A stretch of DNA of 63,273 nt, filler included, from Octopus bimaculoides (lineage: Eukaryota): assembly GCF_001194135.2 (NCBI RefSeq). It is 8 parts of 7 records of this genome, joined end to end, with 100 filler letters (N's around TTAATTAATTAA, not from the genome) between each part and the next. Parts side by side here need not be neighbours in the genome. Positions count along the whole stretch, not along the records: positions 40,119 to 59,088 come from NC_068981.1; positions 59,189 to 60,789 come from NC_069000.1; positions 60,890 to 63,273 come from NC_069005.1; 5 more parts are not named here. One strand, written 5' to 3'. The position numbers and the translations under genes are program-made. The notes under the pieces are model-generated. The model did not search any database. It saw only the letters and a list, made by a program, of their open reading frames with translations, and was not told the origin of the DNA. Positions 53,166 to 63,273 of this stretch are shown here, piece after piece; positions within the stretch are counted from its first letter, which is position 1, and every line of letters begins with the position of its first letter.

Positions 53166-56100
53166 ATTAATACTGAATTCTAAGATAGATAGAAGACTGT
53201 CAATTTTGAGAGAAGGTGTGGTTGATTATATCAACCACAGCACTTGAGTGGTGCTTTTGTTGACCCCCAAAAAGGATGAAAGACAAGTTTGACTGGCAGG
53301 ATTTGAGTTTAGAATGAAAGAAAAGCATTTAAATGCTGTGAGACATGCCGTCCTATACTCTATTGATTCTGTCAAAACTTGACTTGAAAAAAAGGAAAAC
53401 AAAAGGTAGGCTGCATTGGATAATGTAATCCAGTATATCTCTGAATAAAAGATGGTTACAGACAGAATATCATTGATTATAAGTCTGCTGGGTCATTGAC
53501 TAGCTTACAGCCATAGTGACAACACGTCTTTCTCTCTTTCTTTCTTACTCACGGATGAAGGACAAGAACTAAAAATGCTAGATTCTTTGTTCTTCATGGT
53601 AATAAAACTTATCAAACTTTTTATAAAGTCTGCTGATCAACAGTGCTGATGTCATGGTCTTTGATATTAGATTAAATTACTTGAAATTCTCTCTTAAAGA
53701 TATAAATCGCTTGCCTTTTTCTTTATCTAACACTATCAAAGATTCCCATCAACTTATTTCCAATTTCCATACTATCCACCTTTAATTGTACTGTCATTCA
53801 TTTTATAATCAGGAATTGCACTCTTACAGAACAAGCTGCTGTTTAACCCAGGTCAGCCTTGATTGGGTAGTTTTATAAGCAAAAATATTCTAGACGTGAC
53901 CATCCTGTCTTATCTTTTATTTGTTTCAGCCATTATACTGCAACCATGCTGGGGCACTACCTTGAAGAATTTTTAGTCAAATGAATTGACCCCAGTACTT
54001 ATTTTCTTTAAGCTAAGCCTGATACTTAATCTAACAGTCATTAATGCTGAATCATTAAGTTATGGGGATGTAAACACACCAACACCAGTTGTCAAGCAGT
54101 GGATGGGGAGACAAACACACACACACACACATACAACAGGCTGCTTTTAGTTTCCATCTAACAAAACCACTCACAAGACTTTGGTCAACCCAGGGCTATA
54201 GCAGAAGACCCTTACCCAAGGTGCTACACAGTGGGGCAAAACCCAGAACCATGTGATGGGAAGCAAATTTATTCAGTTGCTTGCATAGATTATAAGATGT
54301 GTAAGTTGCTGTCATTGATGCACAGGGAGTGTATATTATTCAGTATCAATTATGTAAGATTATGTGTTGTGTTATTTCATTTTGTGTTGATTTTGTAGAA
54401 TATCCTTCCTTTTTTAATACTTCTGTTTCTAATAGATCAAGCTAATGCATTTAGTGGCTCCTTCATTGGCTTGATATAATACAAGTTACAAATAATACAG
54501 GCGTTATTGTGCAAGGATGTGAAGGCACATGGCTTAGTGGTTAGGGTATTCAGCTCACGATCATAAGGTTGTGAGATCAATTCCCAGCAACATGTTGTGC
54601 CCTTGAACAAGGCACTTTATTTCATGTTGTTCCAGTCCACTCTGCTGGCAAAAACGAACAGTATGTGTATGTCAAAGGGCCAACCTTGTCACATTCTGTT
54701 TCACACTGAATCTCCCTGAGGTTACACTCATATGTTAATTTCACAAGGGGACTGTACTGTTGATTGGATTGACTGGAACCTTCATCATCATAACTAGTGA
54801 GAGCATCTGGTATTACAAATTATTGCTATATCACTGATCAGGTGGTTGAAATATTCAGTAACCATTGAAATAATAGCTTTTATGCTTGTAAAAACCAACA
54901 TTCATGTGTATGACCTTTTGACAGAAGTGACTTTGAAAAATGTCTCTTAACTTTCATTTTTGGTTATATATCCTATAGTTTTTATCGACTCTGAGGTCAA
55001 GAAAAGAGTGTCTGTAGAGTAACTAGACCTACTAGAAAAATTTCTTTTAAATCACATCCTACATTCTTAAAAAAAGTTACATCTAATACTACATTATGTC
55101 AATTCCATTTTAAATCTTTCCTACCCATACATTTAATGCTACCGAATACATGGGGTGTAACAGGTAGGAAATATTTACAAAGATGTTCTCTCTCTGACAA
55201 ACAACTTTGCTCAGAGCTTTTATACTCATATCTCCATCATGGTGAACTTACTTTAATAAGTAAGGAACAATATCATGTTTTTTTTTTATGATACTAGTAA
55301 TACTTGTCAGCGACCAAGTAAGTGCAAAGTAAAATACTTTCATATTTATAAAATCTTTTTCCACAGAATTTCTAAGCAACCAGCTGACATTCTTATAAAG
55401 TTCAACGTGGATAAGATTTCATACATATATATTTTTGGCAAATAAATTTGAGAGCTGAAAGCAAACTTAGATGTATACTACATTTGTTATTTCAATGAAG
55501 ATATAATTAAACTTCTCGTTTGTTGTTTTGTAACTAATTATCTGAACATTGCCTGGAAGGGAGTTGAAAGTCAAAAGCTTCTTGAAATGGAAATATGTAG
55601 GATGCAGATTATTAAAAGAAAACTGCCAATTTAATTGAATCTCAAAATATAATAAAGAACATGAACATCTCACTTGCCATAGGGAGCTTGTCTCCCTTAT
55701 CAGTTGTTAGACAAGTGCTCTCACATGGCTAAAAGTTGTTTTGACTCTTATTTCTAGCAATGCTGGTGCTGATTAGCACCCTCAGTCGCTTTAATGATGA
55801 CTATACTACTGCTTTTCAGCTCTAAATTGCAAATAGCCACCCTAATAATTTGTATATATATATATATATATACACATACATACTTTTTTCTTTTAGTCTT
55901 TTATTTGTTTCAGTCATTTGACTGTGGCCATGCTGGAACACTGCCTTTAGCCAAGCAAATCGACTCCAGGACTTATTCTTTGGAAGCCTAGTATTTATTC
56001 TATTGGTCTATTTTTCCGAACCGCTAAGTTACAGTGACATAAACACACCAGCATCGGTTGTCAAGTGATGTTGGGGAGACAAACACAGACACACAAACAT

Positions 56101-56579
56101 ACACACATNNNNNNNNNNNNNNNNNNNNNNNNNNNNNNNNNNNNNNNNNNNNNNNNNNNNNNNNNNNNNATATATATATATATACACACACAATGCACTT
56201 CTTTCAATTTCCAGCTACCAAATCCACTCACAAGGCTTTGGCCAGCCTGAGGTTATAGTAGAAGACACTTGCCCAAATTCACCTCCACTCACATTCTTGT
56301 CTAGCTGTTAGACAACTGATTGTCTGGAACTAACACCCTAAATTTGACATTTTACCATCTGGTGCTGAGTCTTTGATTTATCACTAGACTATAGCTACAA
56401 CTTCGTTCGCTATTTACAGACTTCATGCTTTGTCCCTTTCTTCTCCCCCCCCCCTCTCTGTCATATATGTTGGCAATGGTATGAAAGCCCTTGAATATAT
56501 ACACACGTCTTCCTACCTCAATTTGAGGAAGACACAGCCTTGAACTTCTGTTATCTATTTATTTATTTCCTACATCATG

Positions 56580-56719
56580 TGTTGGTAATTTACATAATTA
56601 TGTAAACCTGGCCTTTGTTAGCTGAAATGACTGTATGTTGGTAATTTACATAATTATGTTGTTGGTAATTTACATAATTATGTAAACCTGGCCTTTGTTA
56701 GCTGAAATGACTGTATGTT
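56580..56719. repeat. Recent complex tandem duplication (60 bp + partial + 60 bp)
   Basis: 56580-56639 equals 56660-56719; a 24-bp partial copy starts at 56636. Confidence 0.9.
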
Positions 56720-58726
56720 TTACAAAATAACACATATGCTTTCTGTCCTTTATTAATAGTGAAGGCACATGGCTCAGTGGTCAGAGTTTTGGGCTCACAA
56801 TCATGAGGTAATGAGTCTGATTCCCAGACCAGGCTGTGTGTTGTGTTCTTGAGCAAGACACCTTATTTCATGTTGCTCCAGTTCACTCAACTGTAGAAAT
56901 AAGTTGCGATATCACAGGTACCAAGCTGTATAGGCCTTTGCCTGTCCCTTAAATAACATCAGTGGCATGGAGAGGGAAGGCTGGTATGCATGGGTAGCTG
57001 CTGGTCTTCCTTGCCTTGGAGCGCAACTTTCTAGGAGCAATCTCATGGTCATTCATGATTGAAGGGGGTCTTTACCTCTTTTTTTTTACCCTTTATTGAT
57101 AATATTATTATGTGGTTTGAATTCTACACACTAATGTATCCTGTTCTTTAATGCCCAGTGTTGTACTGTACTGGATATAGGATGGCTAAAGCAATTATGG
57201 TACCAGATAATGTCTGAGCAGTCATCGTCACAACACTGCACTTAAAACCAAGCTACTTATAATTTCGATGACTTACGACAAGTAATTTATAACTACATTA
57301 AGTACTACAGAGTAGAATAGATTACATATACTTCACAGTAAATATAGATCTTTAGAGATGGTTTGTGTATGAAAAAATAAAAATATATTTATTATGTTTC
57401 TGTAATGTACTATATAATTTGCTAATTTTATCCTGTAAATATAATTTAAACTCCATGAAATAATTAAGCACTATTTTATTTTTATTTTTGTTTACTCTCA
57501 ATGTATTTTTTAAGCAAATTAAAATATTCTGACATACTGTATGTAAAATTAAAAATGGTATTATATTTGACTAATTTATTACCTAGTGTACTTAATTTTT
57601 ATCCAGTAAATATAAATAATTTAAACTACAAGAAATTATTAAGTAATTAGATCTTCATTCAATAAATGAAATATAGCTGTGAAGATTTTATACTTAGAAT
57701 TTCAAGGGCAATGAACAGATAGAATCATTAGCACACTAGGCAAAATGCTTAGCAGCAAAATGTTTGGCAGCATTTTGTCTGTCTTTGCATTTAGAGTTCA
57801 AATTCTGGTATAGTCGACTTTGCCTTTCATCTTCTCAGGGTTGACAAAATAAGTACCAGCTGAACACTGGGGAGTCAATAAGATCAACTTAACCCCACCC
57901 CTAAAATTGCCAGTCTTGTGCCAAAATTTAAAATTTAGAATTTCAGTTTCTATTTTTCACATTCAGGTGTGGAATGATGCACCATCTAGGAATCACTGAT
58001 TTACAATATTATTCTACTTACATTTATTTCTGGGCAGGACACAAATATGAATTACTGCTATGTTAACAGTCTTTTGTTTTCATTGCTACAGTGTACCTAG
58101 AAAACAGCTGGATGAAACATTAAGTGATGAATATGAAAATTGGTCTATTCAGTTTACTTTTAACCCCTAATATTAATGGGCTAACAAATAAATGGGAGTT
58201 TGTTGGTTACAATGACAAGCGTTCCAGTTGATGCAATCACTGGTATAGCCTGCTTGTGAAATTAACGTGCAAGTGGTTAAGCACTCCACAAACACACGAA
58301 TGTGATAAGGTTGGCCCTTTGAAATACAGGTACTACTCATTTTTGCCAGCTGAGTGGACTGGAACAACATGAAATAAAGTGTCTTGTTCAAGGACACATG
58401 CAACCGGGTATCAAACTCATGACATTACAATCATGAGCTGAAGGCCTTAACCACTAAAACATGTGCCTTCACTGATTTACAAATAGTGAGTTCATGGATC
58501 ATTAGAGAGGTGCACAGTTGATAACAAAGAGACCAATAAGATTTAAAACATGCATGCAGCTCTTTTTTGTTTTTTTGTCCATGAACATATTGACTAGAAA
58601 AATTGTTTACACTTGTCATAGCACACAGTTCTAGCTAATAAATCTACAGATATATTTTGCAGTATATTATAACAGATATGAATGTCTTTGAATCTCTCTC
58701 TTTCTCTCTTTTTATTCATTTATTTA

Positions 58727-58817
58727 CTAGCAGAAATACCCGGCGTTGCCCGGGTTAAAGAGAATAAGGAAATCTAAAAACGCCGTCTAGACTACGCATC
58801 ATCTTTATATATAGAGA
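58727..58817 (-). mobile_element. 91-bp minimal Helitron with both termini
   Basis: A|TCTCTATATATAAAG start; CCCGGGCAACGCCGGG hairpin; CTAG|T end; A-T target. Confidence 0.8.
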
Positions 58818-58936
58818 TGTATATACACACACGCACCCAAACACACGTATATATATGTATATCAATATAAATATATGAAAGTCAATGAAGTTTCGTAAAA
58901 GAAGGTGATCATGTACATACTTTCTTGCTGTTGTGA

Positions 58937-59088
58937 TTATAACACCTCATTGTAAACTATGTTCCTTGTTTTCCCTTGTGGAGCATATACAAATAGGTTT
59001 TTTGTTGCTGCCCACCCTTGAGCAGCCAACATACAGTTGTCCATGTGAGAAGCAGGGCTCTTCCAAGAGAAGACCAGCTACAGACAGT
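58937..59088 (-). mobile_element. Helitron Rep-Hel (PIF1-type helicase) C-terminus, cut by linker
   Basis: LLEEPCFSHGQLYVGCSRVGSNKNLFVYAPQGKTRNIVYNEVL*. Confidence 0.9.
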
Positions 59089-59188
59089 NNNNNNNNNNNN
59101 NNNNNNNNNNNNNNNNNNNNNNNNNNNNNNNNTTAATTAATTAANNNNNNNNNNNNNNNNNNNNNNNNNNNNNNNNNNNNNNNNNNNN

Positions 59189-59234
<46 letters not shown>

Positions 59235-59245
59235 CATTATTATTC

Positions 59246-59282
<37 letters not shown>

Positions 59283-59430
59283 TAATAATAATAATAATGA
59301 TGATACCAGAAAACGCGATAAACAAACCAGCGTGTAAAAAAATCAAATCAGTAGAAACGGCAATAACAAACAAATTCTTCAACGTTCTATGTGATTCAAA
59401 ATGTCTATTTAGACATTGATAGGAAAGACT

Positions 59431-59461
<31 letters not shown>

Positions 59462-59497
59462 TTAGAGAGAGAGAGCGGAGAGGAAGAGATAACTACT

Positions 59498-59588
<91 letters not shown>

Positions 59589-60454
59589 TGATGATGATGA
59601 TGATGAAGATGATAACAATAAAGAAGTAAAATTCAGTTGGCTTCTATATATACATTAAATCATATCATGACAGAATGGAAAATGTTCATAACCCATACAT
59701 ATACATCATTAAAAAAAAATATTATACATATCTAGAATGTTGAACAGTGCAGACGAGTGTCTAGAAATAAAATTCCCCAAAGCACTATCTGAAACAAAAT
59801 GCAATTCATAAACACTCAATTTGTTTGTTTGGAAAATTCTTTTTAATATATATATACATATATATTTTTCGTTTTTTTTTTACTTAATTTATCTCTCATT
59901 TTTATCGTATATTTTCCCTAGCTTTAACTCTCTTCCACTGTCCCCTTTCTCCGTTTCTCTTCCTCTCTACCTCGAGTCTGTGTCTCCTCGTTAGCTATTT
60001 CTTGCTTGCAAATCACTCGGTTACACTTCCCGCTCTTCTCGTCACCAAACGATTTCATACGCAGTCATCAATTTGCTTTCCTNNNNNNNNNNATATATGT
60101 TCCTGTGTTAGTCGAAATTCATTGGTGTTAGCGCTGTTTACATTTGGCTGTCCGCTAAAATGGAAACATTGTAGTTATGTAATGGAGACTAATGTACGGT
60201 GAATACATATAACGATGAGATGCATCATTACACCTTGATTGCTTAACACTTAAAGTATGAAGTTTTATCTCGATTCACATAGAAAGGCGCCATGTGGGTG
60301 AATAACATCGACTTCTTTTACTAAAAATCCCGACTATTATTGTCAGCAACAAAAATATTTCTGCAAAATTACTCTACAGGATTGAAAATTAAGCTTAGGG
60401 GGTCATTTATATCGGACATTTTATATTTATATGCCTGAGTCTGTGTGTGCATGC

Positions 60455-60502
<48 letters not shown>

Positions 60503-60889
60503 GTGTGTATATACATGTATATGTTATGTATGTATATAATTTATATATAAATATATTTATACATATCATTTGATACAATGAAATATAGTATATTTATTTA
60601 AATGTATGTTTATGTGCGTGTGTACGTATATGAATGTATGTATAAGGAACTAAATAAACTAAGTTTGTTGATAAATGCAACCCGAAATATAAGTATTTGG
60701 TACAGCAACTGTTGGTTTGTCATCCACTCGTAGCATGTAAACATACATATATACATACATACATACATACATGCATACATACATACATANNNNNNNNNNN
60801 NNNNNNNNNNNNNNNNNNNNNNNNNNNNNNNNNTTAATTAATTAANNNNNNNNNNNNNNNNNNNNNNNNNNNNNNNNNNNNNNNNNNNN

Positions 60890-61940
60890 CAAATCGTCCA
60901 ACCCATGCTAGCATGGAAAGCTGACGTTAAACGATGGACGAACGAAAAACGAAATATCATCATCATCATCATCTTTTAACGTCCGCTTTCCATGCTAGCA
61001 TGGGTTGCACGATTTGACTGAGGACTGGTGAACCAGATGGCTACACCAGGCTCCAATCTGATTTGGCATGGTTTCTACAGCTGGATGCCCTTCCTAATGC
61101 CAACCACTCCATGAGTGTAATGGGTGCTTTTGTGTGCCACCGGTACGGGTTCCATTTGCACGACACCAATATCTTCCGTGACTATGATTTCACTTGGCTT
61201 GATGGGGCTTCTTCTCAAGCATGCCTTTTGTCATTGCCTCCGTGAGGCCCAGCACTCACAAGGTGGTTTTTTTACATGCCACTGACATATAAAACTATAT
61301 GTGTTCTGGAAATACACATAACTGGCACCTAACCAGGCCTTTTTACGGTGCTTTTAAAGCCAGAAACTTTTCAGCACCACCTGGTAAATGTATATATAGT
61401 TTGGTCGATGACAGTACTGCCTGATTGGCATTTGTGCCAGTGGAATGTTAAAAGCACATCTGAATGTGGGGTGTAACTGGCCCACTCACGAGTACCCCTC
61501 ATTCATTGGACAATGAACTTTGCTTGTGAAGACCTATTGAGGCAAGTGAAAACAAATCAAAATCACGGACGTGGCCGATGACAGTACCACCTGATTGGCA
61601 CTCGTGCCAGTAGAATGTTGAAAGCACATCCAAGCATGATTGTTGCCAGGGCCACGGATTGGCTCCCGTGCTGGTGGCATGTGAAAAGCACTGTTCAAGT
61701 GTGATCGTTGCCAGAGTTGCCCTACCGGCACATGTGCCGGTGGCACGTGAAAAACAACATTAGAACGTGGTCATTTGTTAGTGCCGCTGGACTGGCTCCT
61801 GTGCAGGTAGCATGTAAAATACACCTTTTGAGTGTGGTCATTGCTAGAACGGCCTGACTGGCCCTCATACCGGTGTCACGTAAAAGCACCCACTACACTC
61901 TCAGAGTGGTTGACATTAGGAAGGGCATCCAGCTGTAGAT
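60890..61940. mobile_element. Cluster of RTE 3' ends in both orientations, with a ~62-66 bp subrepeat array at 61400-61900
   Basis: Shared RTE tails on + (60890-60945, 61520-61940) and - (60960-61270). Confidence 0.7.
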
Positions 61941-62502
61941 GATTTCAAGACTTTGAACCTCACTGAGGGGATGACAAAGGACTGAGATGATTTTGGGGTT
62001 CGATAAAATAAGTACTGGGATTGATGTAATTGACTTAACCCCTCTCCCGAAATAGTTGGCCTTGTACTAGAATTTAAAACCAGTATTAGTGAGGTAATTA
62101 CTGTGTTATGATTGGTAGTAATTGCTGATGCTATGACTAATGACAAGGAATAATGACTGGCAATGACTTTGATAATTACTCTGGTGACGACTATAGGAAT
62201 AACTATGGCAACGAATGGAGATACAACTGTGGTAACCATTGTGATAATATAAGATCATATAAATAATTAAAACAAGAGCACTCAGAGAGCGCAAGCCTCT
62301 GCCAAGGCAACATCAATGTCCTCTCAATGATTAGCTGGAGATGATTTTAAAAATGAGAATATCTGAAATAAACTCGATTGCCCTCATAAATGAGAATACT
62401 AAATATGAACCCGACTGTTCTCAAAAATAGAATATAAAAACAGGAAAAATAATTCAGAATCCTTGTCTGGTACTGGATTAATCCCAAAATATAATCAGTT
62501 AT

Positions 62503-62965
62503 AGGCGTGGGAGTGGCTGTGTGGTAAGTAGCTTACTTACGAACCACATGGTTCCGGGTTCATTCCCACTGCGTGGCACCTTGGGCATGTGTCTTCTACT
62601 ATAGCCTTGGACCGACCAAAGCCTTGTGAGTGGATTTGGTAGACGGAAACTGAAAGAAGCCCGTCATATATATGTATATATATATATAATACAAATAATG
62701 TATGAGTATATGCATATATACGTGCATATATGTACATACCTACATCTACATATATATATGTGTGTGTGTGTCTGTGTTTGTCCACCCAACATTGCTTGAC
62801 AACAGATGCTGGTGTGTTTATGTCCCCATAACTTAGCGGTTTGGCCAAAGAGACCAATAGAATAAGTACTAGGCTTACAAAGAATAAGTCCTGGGGTTCG
62901 ATTAGCTTGACTAAAGGCGGTGCTCCAGCATGGCCACAGTCAAATGACTGAAACAAGTAAAAAGA
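62503..62965 (+). mobile_element. tRNA-derived SINE (other copies ~49750-50212, 53915-54270, 55885-56280, all -)
   Basis: A-box TGGCTGTGTGG, B-box GGTTCATTCCC, body, internal TA/TG tract, tail ending AAATGACTGAAACAAGTAAAA. Confidence 0.8.
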
Positions 62966-63273
62966 GAGTAAAAGAAAAAAAAAAGAGAGAGAGAGTTCAT
63001 ACCAGTCACGAGGCGAAATATCCCTGAAAGTTGCATCCAAATCCATCAAGCAATTCTTGAGATATCTTGTCCACTGACAAACAAACGCGACTGAAAACAA
63101 AACCTCCGCCTTCGTTAAGGCGGAGGTAATAACTGTGCTAATAACTAGGCTAATGACTGGTAACAGCTACAATAATGATTGCAGTAATGACTGGTCATGA
63201 TTGTGGTAATAACTACCGTAATGTCAGTGATGTCTTGCCAACAACTCGCTCATGCAAGTGTGACCAGTCGAGA

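Noticed and set aside
59307-59400. Candidate first exon of the ABCC4-like gene (ends TTC TG|GT)
   Set aside because: Upstream frame (FTRWFVYRVF) lacks the NP..AN..S pattern, and the donor context is weak
62503-62580. tRNA gene
   Set aside because: A/B boxes are present but it runs into a SINE body; no cloverleaf

Overview
AT-rich, repeat-saturated eukaryotic draft sequence. The repeat content (tRNA/CORE SINEs, RTE tails, dense microsatellites) suggests Octopus or another coleoid cephalopod; this is an inference. Seven artificial N-TTAATTAATTAA-N linkers split the window into eight joined pieces, so long-range adjacency is uncertain. Only two host exons are recognisable, each with canonical splice sites: a cytoplasmic dynein-2 heavy chain exon (+, 24542-24665) and an ABCC4/MRP4-like exon (-, 51395-51505). 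They face each other and no further exon of either gene was found. The rest is transposon debris: Penelope-like, R4/Dong-like, RTE and Tx1/L1 LINEs, a Gypsy integrase with 3' LTR, several Tc1/mariners (one full-length and split by a piggyBac-like element), hAT, Helitrons and SINEs. The most interesting signal is four hammerhead-ribozyme motifs from three different repeats. One has a fully canonical core with a GUC site (43229-43259). Two face each other in a ~385-nt palindrome just upstream of the dynein exon, and only the copy on the dynein sense strand has lost its cleavage triplet. All translations and pairings were done by eye; no database searches were run.
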